A DNA stretch of 64,000 nt, taken from positions 6,424-70,423 of IMG/VR virus record IMGVR_UViG_3300032304_001987; one strand, written 5' to 3'. A program made the position numbers and the translations under genes. Source of the DNA: a virus. Positions within the stretch are counted from its first letter, which is position 1, and every line of letters starts with the position of its first letter. This document shows, piece after piece, positions 28,834 to 41,900 of this stretch. The notes under the pieces were generated by a model. It searched no databases. It was not told the DNA's origin and saw only the letters and a program-made list of their open reading frames with translations.

Positions 28834-29572
28834 CTATGTCTCCTAGTTGGCGTTTGCCCATGGCATGAAAGTCTTGTTGCAGTTCTATCCAGCGTGATCG
28901 GCCTTCTGTATTGATAAAATCTACTCTGTATCTATCTTGTTCAATCTGGGTCAAATCATGCTCGGGAGTAAGACTAGCCAACCGCCATGGTATTCCTGCA
29001 TGATTTAAGGTATGGCCGTTGACTGTCAACAAGGCAATACTCAGTGCGTGATCGTTCCTGTATGTGGGTGTAGAGTTTTTGTAGATGTTTCTGTAGTGCG
29101 TCCAGTTGTCTCGAATCATGACCATGGTGTCAAATATTAATTCTGCCTGACGACTTCGATTGAATATCATGACAGTGGCCCACCACATGGGCATGCCAAC
29201 ATCTCCAAACCAGTTCAAGCCTTCAAACGTGTTACAATCTGTGACATCGTAGGCCCAACGATGTGCTAGGAAATCTGCATCACACTCCAACACACTGCGT
29301 AGCTGATCTGTGGCTACCACATAATCAGCATCCAGCACCAAGGTTCTATCCCAGGGCGTGAGCCTATAAGCATCCATTCTATTAGTGTTGTGCCAGGCCA
29401 CGGTTCCTGCATCTGTGAAATGTCTTGTGCCCGAATCTGTTCTGGAATCGTCGGTGACTATGTGTGTTGGTATGCCTAGATGTCGTTCTATGTTTTTAGC
29501 TGACCAGCGGGCCATGGCCACATAATCCGTATGCTCGTTGTTGCGAGCAAATATCAGTGCGCCTGTGGTCAT
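28817..29572 (-). CDS. GT8-like nucleotide-diphospho-sugar transferase
   Basis: GALIFA....DY..MA, TPWDRTLVLDADY (DxD), RNDHALSIA, HAMGK. Confidence 0.7.
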   Translation of the reverse strand: MTTGALIFARNNEHTDYVAMARWSAKNIERHLGIPTHIVTDDSRTDSGTRHFTDAGTVAWHNTNRMDAYRLTPWDRTLVLDADYVVATDQLRSVLECDADFLAHRWAYDVTDCNTFEGLNWFGDVGMPMWWATVMIFNRSRQAELIFDTMVMIRDNWTHYRNIYKNSTPTYRNDHALSIALLTVNGHTLNHAGIPWRLASLTPEHDLTQIEQDRYRVDFINTEGRSRWIELQQDFHAMGKRQLGDIVASNS

Positions 29573-29877
29573 CTATTCTGATTGAGTTCTGTGTATTCTA
29601 CTAACCAGGCATTCATGCATTCTTGCCAGCGTTCTGCGGCCATGTTCCATAATTCTTTGGTATTTACTTTGACAGGATTATGATATAGATCTTCTATTAC
29701 TACTTCTTTGTCCATGGTGCAACAGTTCAACACACTCAGTAATTCTGGTCCGGCTGACCACATGCCACCGCAATAGGCAAAGGTCAACTTGGCTTGATAT
29801 TTTTCACGCAGGGTCCTGCGTGCGGCCTCGTGCTCAAATCTGGCACGGCTGTGGGAGATCAATTGGTCAGTATCCAT
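29569..29877 (-). CDS. hypothetical protein
   Basis: 102-aa ORF starting 6 nt after a TGCTATAAT element. Confidence 0.7.
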   Translation of the reverse strand: MDTDQLISHSRARFEHEAARRTLREKYQAKLTFAYCGGMWSAGPELLSVLNCCTMDKEVVIEDLYHNPVKVNTKELWNMAAERWQECMNAWLVEYTELNQNR

Positions 29878-29883
29878 GTGTAG

Positions 29884-29892
29884 ATTATAGCA
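29884..29892 (-). promoter_or_regulatory. extended -10 promoter, likely leaderless transcript
   Basis: TGCTATAAT on the minus strand, 6 nt before ATG 29877. Confidence 0.55.
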
Positions 29893-29903
29893 GAAAAACT
29901 GAT

Positions 29904-29930
29904 AAAAACAAAGCCCCTTGCGGGGCTTTT
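29904..29930 (-). terminator. intrinsic terminator ending the tail-fibre operon
   Basis: Minus strand AAAGCCCC-GCAA-GGGGCTTT followed by GTTTTT. Confidence 0.8.
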
Positions 29931-29949
29931 GGTAAAACAGTTGAGTCTA

Positions 29950-30954
29950 TTAGGCCACCGAAGCAGCAATAGTGGGTGTTCCCCAACTATTCGTTAAATT
30001 GGTTGTGCTGGGCGGAATATATGTCAACAAAGTGGTTGGTGCTGTGGCTGCACCAATAATGGTAGCTGGACTGGTAACCGCTGTACCACCCGAAATGTTT
30101 GAACTCACACCTGCGCCCGATGTACCATCATCCACCCAGGTTGTAGTAAAGGTCAATATTGTGCTTGCTGCGTTGAGTGCCACTGTGGTGCGGATGAATT
30201 CTGGTGTGTAGGGTGCTGTGATATTGTTGAGCTGGAATATGGTTGTGGCAGCTCCACCTGGGGTCAAACTGTAGAAACCTGTGGTTGTGGCCAAGGTAGT
30301 TTGTGTACCACCTGTGCCGTTTAATCGAGTGGTACCTGTATAGGTTGTCCCAGCGATGAGTTGAGCATTGCTGTTGACACGACCAGTGAAGTTGATGCTT
30401 CCGCATTGTCCGGCCAGGGTGTTCCAGTCTGGATCATGGTCTGTGCCTGTAGAGCTTTTACCATATTGCAATCTAACGATGCCGCCGGCATTGAAAAAGT
30501 ATCTTGCAGAATTAGCATCAGCAAAGGTAACGGTGTGAGTGAATGTGATGGTCCAAGCTGTAGTACCTGATCCTGTGGCTGTGGTCTTGCTAGTTGTGCC
30601 AGAGAATGTACCATATTCAGTGCCTGACGCGGCTGCATTGCCGCGATTGTTGGTGACAGTGGTGATGTCTGTGGCCACGTTGGCCAAGATAGCAATAACG
30701 TTTCCAGCTACTGGCTGTGTTCTTGATGTCAGCGTAGAACTGGTCTGAGTTCCTGATGTGGCCAAGTTGGCTACCAAGGTGGCCCATTGTGTGGCTGTTA
30801 CTGTGCCTCCAGCTGCGACTGTGCTGATACTAGTTTGTCCCCACCCAGCATCGCCCGATCCTGTACTCCAAAAACGATTAATTCCGGCTGTGGTATTGCC
30901 TATAAATGTATTATAATCTGCCGCTTCAATTAATCCGCCCACTGTGTATGTCAT
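29950..30954 (-). CDS. Thr/Gly-rich virion structural (tail fibre-associated) protein
   Basis: MTYTVGGLIEAADYN, ARYFFNAGG; very Thr/Gly/Ala-rich; last gene of the tail module. Confidence 0.7.
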   Translation of the reverse strand: MTYTVGGLIEAADYNTFIGNTTAGINRFWSTGSGDAGWGQTSISTVAAGGTVTATQWATLVANLATSGTQTSSTLTSRTQPVAGNVIAILANVATDITTVTNNRGNAAASGTEYGTFSGTTSKTTATGSGTTAWTITFTHTVTFADANSARYFFNAGGIVRLQYGKSSTGTDHDPDWNTLAGQCGSINFTGRVNSNAQLIAGTTYTGTTRLNGTGGTQTTLATTTGFYSLTPGGAATTIFQLNNITAPYTPEFIRTTVALNAASTILTFTTTWVDDGTSGAGVSSNISGGTAVTSPATIIGAATAPTTLLTYIPPSTTNLTNSWGTPTIAASVA

Positions 30955-30968
30955 TTTTTGTTCCTATT

Positions 30969-32159
30969 TTACTTGATGGTAACAATGGCTTCAACTGTGC
31001 CTTCTTGCGTGTCTTCTTTGGGTACTAAACTGCGACCAATCACATTGAATGCTGTGGCTTCGCCAGGTTTGGCACTTCTAGCCAATCCATTACCGGCGGA
31101 CACCAATCTGTCACCTTTGGCAACTTGACCAACAACTCTTACAGGAACTCGTCCAGTCATTGCAACTGGGGGATGTGTTGCGTCTGAGCCTGCACCGTCA
31201 TTCATTAGGTATGCTGCTCTGGTACTTATGACACCGAACACAGTTTCGCTTAATTCAGTGTTTGAACGTGTGATTTCTGCTGAGCCACCCAGTTCTACCA
31301 CGGTTCCGGCTTCGTAAACATCATCTGCTGCAAAACGTTCTGCTACGTCAGCATATTGAGCACGTGTGGCTGTGGCAAACACTGTGTTAAAATATGTAGA
31401 AGCACTGCCAATGTTGCCCACGCCGTTGGCATTGTTGTTGATCAAACTATTGACTCCAACACTGCCACTAACAACCAGATTACCGGTCATGCTATCATCA
31501 GTGTCGCTGCGTAAAAATTGTGCGCTATCCAATCCATCCAAGGTCTGCGAATCGGTAGATGTGCCCTGGAACAGATAGCTGGCAGCTGTGGACAGATTCA
31601 TACCAGGCTTGACCTGTTGTCCTGTGCCCCAACCTGTGATACTGCTTTGAGGAGTAAATGCCGAGTCTTGACTGAGAATAGCTACAGTATCATTGTCAAT
31701 GGTAAACGTGACCACTGGATGGCTGACACTGAGGTTGTCAATAATTGTTGTGGCTTGTACACCTGTTCCTGCTACAGTACTAGGACCCACTGTGAGGAAG
31801 GTGCTACCGGTCCATACTTTTAACAGTTGATTGGTTGTGTCATACCATAAATCACCGGTCACATTTGAAGTAGGAGCACTGGCACTGGCTGTGGCTGCAC
31901 TGATAGTCTTGAATGTGGTTCCATTGTAGACTTTGAGAAGGTTGTTGGTTTTGTCCCACCAGAGCTGACCTGTGAGCGGTGCTCCCGGAGCCGTGGTATT
32001 AGACCCATTTTCTAATAGGTGAATAAAGTTTTCATTCAAAAAGTCACCGTACCCAGCGTAGTTTTTACCAACCAAGGTCTGCGAGCTGGAAGTATTGATG
32101 GTTCCGTCGGGTATTACCGCAAAAATACTGCCATCAGTTAAGTTAATTGTATATGCCAT
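30969..32159 (-). CDS. tail fibre-like protein with C-terminal chaperone-like domain
   Basis: LVGKNYAGYG..NENF..LLEN, repeated GQLWWD/GDLWYD, LDGLDSAQFLRSD, YADVAERF..D..YEAGTVV. Confidence 0.75.
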   Translation of the reverse strand: MAYTINLTDGSIFAVIPDGTINTSSSQTLVGKNYAGYGDFLNENFIHLLENGSNTTAPGAPLTGQLWWDKTNNLLKVYNGTTFKTISAATASASAPTSNVTGDLWYDTTNQLLKVWTGSTFLTVGPSTVAGTGVQATTIIDNLSVSHPVVTFTIDNDTVAILSQDSAFTPQSSITGWGTGQQVKPGMNLSTAASYLFQGTSTDSQTLDGLDSAQFLRSDTDDSMTGNLVVSGSVGVNSLINNNANGVGNIGSASTYFNTVFATATRAQYADVAERFAADDVYEAGTVVELGGSAEITRSNTELSETVFGVISTRAAYLMNDGAGSDATHPPVAMTGRVPVRVVGQVAKGDRLVSAGNGLARSAKPGEATAFNVIGRSLVPKEDTQEGTVEAIVTIK

Positions 32160-32211
32160 TTTTTATGTTACTCCGTCCTAGTGTATTTACCGCAAATTAA
32201 TATACTCATAT

Positions 32212-32829
32212 TTATGCGGCACTCAAATTAGTTAAAGTCTGTATGCGCACAGTATAGTCAATCTGTATCTGTCTATTCAAGCTCTTTTGTACCGGGTGAA
32301 AAATCACGTGTGTAATTAGCCGCAAATCGGTAGTCGATCCGCTGACACATTTCAATCCCAGTTCGTCAAACACATATTCGCCATTGAAATTGGTTGAATT
32401 ATCAAAGGCCTGCTGTCCTGCAGGCTCACCATAGTCCAACAAACAGGTCACCAAAATATCGGTATAGGACTTGCCTGTGGTATGCAACACAGTCATTTTG
32501 TTGTTGGCCGGATCTGTGTTAGCAGCCGAATTATCGTCTACTACCTTGGCATAGGTCTCATTGTATAAATCAGCGTTTTGTCCAGTGACGTTGGGCGGCA
32601 AATATGTGATAACCCCAGTAGGATCCACGCTGCTTCCTCCGTTGCCAAAGGCCATTTCGTAGATCCATCCTCCACCTTGAGCTAGAGTTCTGTTGCTGAG
32701 TGTTTCGGCCATGGCAATTGAAATATTTTCGTAATGAATGGCATTCTTTTTATCAACTAGGACTTCGCCTGAATTGGGATCTGTGATCTTGACAAATCCT
32801 TCAATTTTACACAAACCTGGCACAATCAT
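32212..32829 (-). CDS. baseplate / tail-fibre attachment protein
   Basis: MAFGNGG, LDYGEP, FDELGL, HPVQKSLNR..IDYTVRI; position in the module. Confidence 0.6.
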   Translation of the reverse strand: MIVPGLCKIEGFVKITDPNSGEVLVDKKNAIHYENISIAMAETLSNRTLAQGGGWIYEMAFGNGGSSVDPTGVITYLPPNVTGQNADLYNETYAKVVDDNSAANTDPANNKMTVLHTTGKSYTDILVTCLLDYGEPAGQQAFDNSTNFNGEYVFDELGLKCVSGSTTDLRLITHVIFHPVQKSLNRQIQIDYTVRIQTLTNLSAA

Positions 32830-32972
32830 GCTCGTTTCTCCACAAATGTTTCTTGCGTTTTTGGATCAAATATTTTTACAAAACCTTCCACGCTGATACT
32901 GCCAGTCTCGTTGGGACGTTTTGGCGCAGATGGTGTTGCATTGATTGATTTTTGTTGGTCTTTTTGCGTCAT
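32826..32972 (-). CDS. 48-aa protein MTQKDQQKSINATPSAPKRPNETGSISVEGFVKIFDPKTQETFVEKRA (not in ORF track)
   Basis: TAAATA 4 nt upstream; ATGA overlap with the next gene; resembles that gene's N-terminus. Confidence 0.75.
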   Translation of the reverse strand: MTQKDQQKSINATPSAPKRPNETGSISVEGFVKIFDPKTQETFVEKRA

Positions 32973-32985
32973 CTTTTATTTACCT

Positions 32986-35900
32986 CTATATTTCGCCCCG
33001 TAAAAACCTTGCGGCCTGAGTATTGGTCATTTGCAGTGGAACTCCGTTGCTGGGTGTTCCTACACCCGGAGCATACCATGTAACTCCGCGCCGTACCAAA
33101 ATAGTAACCTCTACTCCAGCTGCTGGAGCGGTATCAAATAGGATATTTACAGGATTATCAAGAGTAATTGAATACCCAGCCATTGGTTGCAATAATGTAC
33201 CACCTACATAAACCTCAACTGCTTCCTCTAAAGTTGTACTATCTAATGAATCAACGTCAATGTTATCTGCAACAAACAATGTAGTAGATCCGTCTGCTAG
33301 GGTCGTTGTTTCAACAATATAATTTTGGAACTCAGCTGGTAACAGATTTCCGCGGCCCAAATCTGTCACAGTTGCTCCAACGGCATGATTGTCTGTTGCA
33401 GTCCCTGCTGTGCCTCGTAGTAAACTACTGATAGTATTGGTTGCAGTGTTACGTACACGATACATGATACGTTCACCGTTGATCATGACCACGCCCCAGA
33501 TGTTGATATCTACAGCTGGTTCGCTGAGTGCGCCGGCATTTGCCACATAGATGATGTCATCGGTTTGACTCAATTCTTGTGTCAATGTTGTTGTAGTCTG
33601 CGGTGTTATTCTATAAACTGCTTGCACTCCACGCATGTCTTGGAATATACGGAAAGCCATGGCTTGTGGCACTACACTTTCAGTGAACATGCTGATCATG
33701 ACCACATCTATGACACCAAGCACTCCTGCGTGTAAAATTAATTCTTGACCGCTGATCACAAAATCTACTCCAGGGAACTGCCGGATACCATTCAATGTTA
33801 CCCACAGTCTGCTGGGATCAGTTATAGTGCGACCCAGTTGGAGATCATTGACCGTGACTGTGTCTCCAGTAGAATAATCAAACTGTCCAGGAGTTGCTGA
33901 TGCCAGGCCTGCAGGATTATCATACAGGGTTTCGTCGTAGGACTCTGTCACAGTGATGCCTGTGGTCACTGGACCAACATATACCAAGGGCAATATGTTT
34001 TGTTGACGAGTATCATTCCAGGTAGTCACAGCAATAACATCGCCCAAGATTGGTTCTAACCCGCTGCCAGTCACAAAATTCAATTGGTTACCAGCTACAT
34101 AACACTGAACTCCGGTTTCCACATACACTTGTATTTGACTGCCAAGAGCAGGAGCAGTAAAGAAAATCACTTCTCTGGTATTATTCACATCATATGGTTC
34201 AACATAGAAATCAACGTTTAATACCTGAGGTACCTGGTCAACATACACATGCACTTGATTGTTGGCGATGGTGTCTTGTGTGAATCCCAAGCGTTGTGGC
34301 AACAAGTAAGCTGTGCTGCCATCACCAACATATTCGGCTCCGGCTGCTGTCCTGGCCCGTACTCCATTGACCGTAACGATCAGACAGTCGGGATTGGTAT
34401 AAACAAGACTGTTGTCCAGTTCATAACTGAGGCTGCTGCCATCTGCCACAATTATTTGTGTCTGTGGAGCACTCCAGCTGTAGTCAACTTCTACATTGTT
34501 GACCAAGGTTGGTCCTAGAGCAACCAAACTAATAAAGTCTGTGGCAGTATAAGTTGATCCAAATACAATAGTGGTGCCACCTGCGGTTGCGCTGGCATAG
34601 GTATAGTTGGTAACTATTATCCCGTTGACAAATATAACGAATTCTTGGATTTCATCAAAGGACACAGGAACTGTTAGTGTATTGCCTACGTCTGCACCAT
34701 TGTAGATTTGTTTGTAAAGCTGATTGCCGCCGCCTAGTTCATAAACACTGACAGCCATGACATCACCAGTGGTGGCCCCGGAATTAACAGTTATGACCTG
34801 TGTTGGCCAATCTACTGAGCACGCATAAGTTTGATCCAATTCAATGCCGGTGGTTTGATTGAAAATCACCACTTGTACTGGATATGGTAAAACTTCAGCA
34901 AAATTAAATGTCGGATTGGCACTGTCAAACACGAAATTGATCACGGTTTCAGGGAATCCGTGGCCGTCGGCCTCCCAGTCCGCTCCGGGTCTGGTGTAAA
35001 CACGCATGTCTAGGGTGTCAAATTCTGCACCAGGTACCAGCTCTTCAGGAGCATGACTGCTATAGGTGTCCACGTATGCACCGCCATCTACGTTGACGTC
35101 TGTGGCACGAGTGCCCAGATAGATGTCTAAATAACTGCTTTCGTACACAGCATCTAGAATAGCAGGATCGTAGGTTGGGCGGCCTTCCGGGCCATAAGCA
35201 ATATTGTCAAATGGATTGATGTCATAATTGCCTACGTCAAAACCAGTGTTTTGATTGAAGTTGACCCCGGTGACCTGGACTCCTGGATAATCAATACCAT
35301 CAATCAATAATGGAAGACTTAGGCCAGGTTGATTGGCAGTTGGAGTATAATAACCCATGGTACGATCTGCACCGCTCAAGGTGCCAGCATCTACCAAGAT
35401 CCATTGTGTAGGATCAAAGGTTGCACTTTGTACACCGGTGCTGTCGTCGCTGTTGGCTTCCCATACCCTGTCAAGATATCTTACCATGGTACCGTTGTCA
35501 TAGTTGACATCGGCTTCCCAGTCAACTATGTTTGAAGTATATTCACAGCGGTCGTATTTGATTGTGGTCTTGATACTACGAACAAGATTGTTGCCCATGA
35601 CAGCCACAGCACGAGCACCTAGACCGTTGCCGCCAACCAAGGTTATAATACATTCTGTTGAGAAACCCAGTCCTGGGTTTACTATTTCTATGGACACAAC
35701 TTGTCCAGCACTGTTTATAATTGCCAAAAGATCAGGTTCTTCAATGCATGTTCCAGAAATCAGCACCTGCGGAGCCACGGTATATCCAGCACCACCATCG
35801 ACCACGTTGACTTCAACTATGTTCAACAAGTAGTTGTTGTACCATTCGCGCCAAGGGTCAAGAGTCCATATTTCAGCATCTGGCGGGGTGTCGCTTACGA

Positions 35901-38900
35901 AATTTTCTATCAGGCTACCGCTGGGTGTGTAGGGTTGTCCGGCTTGATCAAATTGCAACACTGGGCTTATATTTTGCGGAACTTCGAGATCAGTATTCCA
36001 ATAAGCAGGCACGTCAAAATCGGTCATTGTGCCTGGATATGCATCATTACCATTATAGACCAGATTGAATTCTCTAATTTGCACATGATATGGTTTGACT
36101 TCTTGAATGTAATCGAGTACAAAATCTTGATTGTCTTGCAAGTATGTCTGGAACGGCAACAAGGTTCGAATCTTGTGATTGACATCGACCAAACTGGTTT
36201 TGATCAGCCATTCTGGAGCAGTAAATTCACTATAAACATAGTTGAACATAAGAATCAAACTGCGATTGCGTTCAATAGCAAGGTCACCACTGAACAACTG
36301 TTCATTGATTGCTTGTATAATTTTTCTTGTTTCAATCACAGGCTCTTGATCAAAGTATTGTGCATCAAACACTTCGACACCGAATCCAAAATTACCCAAC
36401 ACATAATTCCAAAGTTCTTCACGGAATTGCAAGGTACCGTCCTGTAATCCCACCCGATCCCACCCTAGGTCTGTGCGTAGATAGATTTCAAATTTGCCCT
36501 GAGCATTGGCCCTGACCTTGACACTGCTACCTACGGGAGCCGCTGAAAGATTCAGCGTGCTCAATGCTGCAAAATTTGACACTTCTGCCCTGGGCTGGAT
36601 AGTGCTGTTGTAACCTGGCAGATACCAGTCAATATGATACCAATACCGAGGAGTGCTGTAATTTTGAATTCTTACTAGTTGTGTTGCTTTTTCTCCTGGC
36701 AACAAATCTGATTCTATCACTTCGTAGATGCCCCATAGGCCATTTTGCGTGCTCACAGATACAACCAGATACAGATATCCTAGGGGAACTGCATTGAGAT
36801 TTTGAAAACTGAGTTCTTCAAGATTGGCCAATCTCAAATTCCAAGCTCCTGATCCCGATGATGGTTCTGGTTCCTCACTGTTTAATAGACTTAAATTTTT
36901 AGTTTCAATTATGGGATACTGCTTGAGAATTCTGTTGGCATATCCTAAATAATTTTCCAAAGCCATAAAACGGTTGACAAACATGCTTTGACGTGGACGG
37001 AACTGTACCCCATAGCGTTCTGCTGGACTTAAAAATGGGTCTGGCACAACAGAGCCTGCGCTGTCTACACCACAAAAACTATCTTGTAATTTACGATACA
37101 AAGTGGTATTTAAAAAGCTATCAGCTTCGCCATCGGCCACAAACTGGTACTCGGTGTGTATGTTGGCATCATTGGCTTGACGGTCGTAGCCCACATGTAA
37201 AATTGTGTCAGCAGCTGAAATAAATTCTAAACCATTGTAGATGGCCACAGTGCTGGCATTCAACAAGGCAATATAAGGTATACCACTGCTGCGCGGACTT
37301 TCAATGTAACGTGCAATTCCTGTGGTGCTGAGAGTTTTTCCGGCTGCGGTATTAATAGTTGTAACGCCGCGCACCCAAAAATAATAGGTGGTGACAAAAA
37401 TGTTTTCTTGATTGAGACTACTTCTCACTGTGTAGCTAGTGGTTGTCAACGAAATTCCTGGGCCTGTATAGCTGACCGGAGGCACTGAACTTGCTACCCA
37501 TTGATAAATGTCAACTCGACTGCCCGGGAATACTTGTCCCCAACGACGGCTTGCATATACTATGTCATCTTGGTTGGGATCAATGAATCTAACTTCATTG
37601 GTGTCCCACCAGATCTGCCCCACATGTTCTGGTCCCCAACTGTTGCCTTGATTGCGAACTGTGCCTGTGTTGTAATTAGCAGGGTCTACTGCTCCAATGT
37701 AGTCAATATTTTTGCGTGCAGCCCCAAGTATTTTTCCTTGCAATGGATTAAAGAAATCAAAATATGTTTGTGTGGTAGAAGTCAACTTGTCATACATGAA
37801 TGAAGTGTTGATCAAGTTTACATCTACCACAGGTTGTTGAGCATGTATGACTTTCCATGCAGGATCACTGTTGGGGTTATCAAATATTTTTACTACACCA
37901 TAATTACCAGTGGTGCCGCCGTTGTCATTGTCGGGTGCTCCTACAATCAATCTTCCGTTGGTAAAGTTTACACCGATGCCAAATTGATCATTGGTTTCAA
38001 GGTCATCAGTGAAGATCTGTTGTCCAAATACAAATTTACCTGGATTAGTGATACTTCCGTCGGCGCTGGACAAGAAATCGTAAGTGTATACTACTCCGCT
38101 GTTAAACACTGGATCAAAGAAGGTGGTGCTGCGATCGTCAAAGTAAGTGGCTCCACCATCAAATGTCACAGGATCGTAAATGTTGCCATTGGGAGCGCCT
38201 ATTACCAGGTTTACAGCACTGCTGTCTATGTGAACAGTTTGTCCAAAATAGGCAAAGTCGCTGGGGCTGGGGCTGGTCAAGATCTGTGTGTAAACAAAAG
38301 TTTCAAAACCGAACTGATCAAACGCTGTGCCGTTTACGCCTGGCAACACAGTTAATTTGCCATTGGGTGTGGCTGCTTCGCTGTTTTTCACCGTGATAGT
38401 AATGCGACCAGACACCACTGTGATGATACTACCGGCATCGGGCGCAGTGACAAAATTCAACTGCTCATAGTTGTTGCTCCAACTAAATCCCACAGTTTGT
38501 ACCACGTCATCTACTAACACTCTTGTGTTGGGAGTCACGGTGTATGTGGTACTAGAATATATAGTGCCCACATCAAAGGTCTTGTTTGTGCCATCGCCTA
38601 CAAAATTTAAATCTGGGGTGACCAAGGAGGTAGCATTGGGTATATTGGATTCATTGATTGTGTTAACCCATGCGTTTATCCAAGTGTCGGCTGCCCAATA
38701 TGTGGTATTGCCAATGGCTACTCCTACTGGCACTGCCTGGATGGATCGATAGATTGACGAGCCATTGGCTACATAATTTCCCAGCGCCCAGGTCACGGTA
38801 TTGGTCCAAGTAGGCACCGCTAGATCATAATCGTTGATTCGTAAACTATCACCAGCAACAAAAGTTGGATTGGCCACAGTACTGGTGGTCACACCATACA

Positions 38901-41900
38901 CTCGGCTTTGATTTACATTTCTTTCTACACTGCCGGCCTTTGGCAATACCCGACTATCCAACGGAGCACCAACATACAAACTACAATTGGTTGGGCAGAT
39001 GTCCACAGCTGATCCGTAGGCACTTTCGTCAATGGGAGTATCCGCTGATACCTTTTGTATCAACTTGAATTGATTGGTTTGAATCTCTAACACATCGCCC
39101 ACTGCAGGATTAGACACCAGCGTTATTTGATTTGTATCTAAATCTACGTCAACTTGACCATTGGCATATTGAGTGGTAGTTATACCGCCTTGAGTTATAT
39201 TTTGTATGTTCAAGAATGAATTGTTCAACAACACAGAAATTGGCTCGGCCACAGCACCAACAATATCGTAAGTTGTTACAGAAACATCATCAATCAAATA
39301 TTTGATAACACTACGGTCAACTATGTAAGCGGCGCCGGCCTGTATTTGCACAGTATTGCCATTGCTGTCAATCACGTCTACATCAGCATCACTGGCCCCC
39401 ACAATAACCTGTTGTCCATCTGTGGTTGTAGTAAGACTGCCGCCAAACTTGGCATTCGCTGGAAGTCCTGCTACAGTTATAGTATCACAGTATCTCCAAT
39501 AGGTAGTACTGGTTACATCAATAATATCTCCAATGCCCGGAGCCACATTGAATCTTAAATCCTTGGTTAGATCATTGCTGTCTGAATTAAATTCATAGTC
39601 AATATAAGGTCTTTGAAGGTTGCCATTGATTCTGACTGTAAAAGAATCTATATTTGTAGCTGTGTATAGATATGGATCCAATAAAAAGTCAACAGTGCTG
39701 CCGTCACCAGTAAACTGCACACCACTGCGACGACGTATTGTTAGTACCTGGTCAGCGTCCGGAGCAACAGCAAATGTAATACTGCTTATACCAACGGAAT
39801 AATCAACCCCTTCCGTGGCAGTAAAAGTTCCAACAGTGACCACAATCTGTGTGGTGCGATATGATTGATCAACCACAATGTCATTGATATAATTGAAACT
39901 CAACGTGCTACCGTCAGTGGTATACCTTGATACCTGCTCTTCTACATCTACACGACCATATGCATATACCTTGCCGCCTTGGGTGTCGTCGGGTGCGCCA
40001 ATATACATCCATCTTTCGTCCTGGCTTACTGCAAGGGCCTGGCCAAATCTCATAGGATCAATGCTGGGACTAGGACGAACTATCAGTTGTGTTTGACTGA
40101 ATGCTCCGGTGACACTGTTTCTAAACAAGGGTGTCACATAACCAAAATTATTTAAACTTTGACTGGCGGCTGCAGCACCCCAGTTGTTGCGCCCAAACAC
40201 CAGGGTATCTCCATAGGCCACAACATCAGTGGCCGGAAGCGTGATCAGTCCTTCGGCGGTGTATTCATTGTTGATGGTGTTGGAACGATACAAATATACT
40301 CCACCTGTATTGGAATTGCTGTTGGGACTTCCTACCAACACTGCCACAAGATTTTCAGTCTGTGTTACTGTGGTGCCAAATCCAGAATTGGTGATCTGAG
40401 GATCTGGCAGTATCTGCGAGATTGAACTAAATGGATCTTGTTTTTGTAGAACTTGCCAATGGCCAAGGCCATTGTTGTCTACATAGGCCAATGCACCTGG
40501 AATCAGATCATTTACATAAGGCAGATTGATAATATCACTGGCCTGTGCTACACGCATGGTCTGTAGATAAAATACCAAACCAGTACCAGTTATAGTGGTT
40601 TGATTGGTGTTGATAAAATTGTAAGCAATTGTGACGCTGGTAATAGACGGCACCGACAACACACGGTACACTCCAGTGACTGCGTCATTGAAATACCGCA
40701 CAATAATTAGATCTCCCACAGAAAGATCATGTGCTTGATTGAATTGTGCTATGCTTGTGCCATTGAGATTGTCAACCAATTGACGCATCTGTCCAGGCAC
40801 ACGACTGCATCTATACACATTCCAGTCATAACTGTTGCTCTTGGCAGCCCAAATAGTGGTTCCAAGTCCTATAGACTCAATATTTGCGCTGATACTAGAA
40901 GGATCGTCAAGACTAAACACTGTGATATCCACATCATCAATATTGACATATCCAGCACTGGGTAATGCTGTGTCAAGATTGGTGGTGTAGGTTGTTGGAA
41001 ATATATCCGTAGAAGTCAATCTAAAACTTTCTCTCCATACGTCATCCAACAAGACAGTCTGATTGGCCAGACTGGTTTGTTCTGGCAATATGACCTGAAC
41101 AGTGCTGGGATCTGAATTTAGATCAGCTTCGTTGAGTCTGAGTTCAATAAAACTTCTTACAGCGTTGGCTCCATAAGTGCTGACCAACACTCCCCAGTTT
41201 TCATAAATCTGATACTCTCCGATTTCTTTGCCAAGGTCGGCATTGGTAAAAATTTCAGCGGCTCGAGTGGTGCCCTTGGTTGGCAAAAATTGTTGATAGA
41301 GATTTACCTGACTTACATCGTCAAGATTTAAATCAACCATGTACTGTCGTGGACGAAATCCTATGAGACCGTAACTGAGCAGATCGTTGTCACTTTCAAG
41401 ATTGGCCACTTGTGTGTTATAGCTGTTGGCCAGTTGATCGGCCTTGTTGGCTAGGTTAGGCAACAGACCACCTTGTATTCTGGTATAATCGCTCTTGACC
41501 CAGTCATTGTACTCGAATTCACGTTTGGGCTGAACAATGGTCTGCGCTGACCAATAATTGTTTTTGTATATAACAATTTCGCCTTTGGTGTATTTGCGAT
41601 TGGCCTGCCATTGTTTGACTGTTGTGTTGTCGTTGAGTATGAATCCCTGGGCGTCCAGGGTGCCGTCCCACTCAGTAGAGGTAGCCGCTATAATTCTCAC
41701 ACGATTTTGTCTGGCCGCTGTGGTTGGATCATATATCAGGTCACTGAAGACGCTGACATTGTCCAGTATCACAATATTTTCATAATTGGTAAACTGCATG
41801 TTCAAGAAACTAATAGTCTGATTACCAGGAGAAGTAATGGAAAAGAAATCAGATTCGCGTTCAATGATCAGGTCTCTTGTGGGCAAGTTCTGACGATTTT

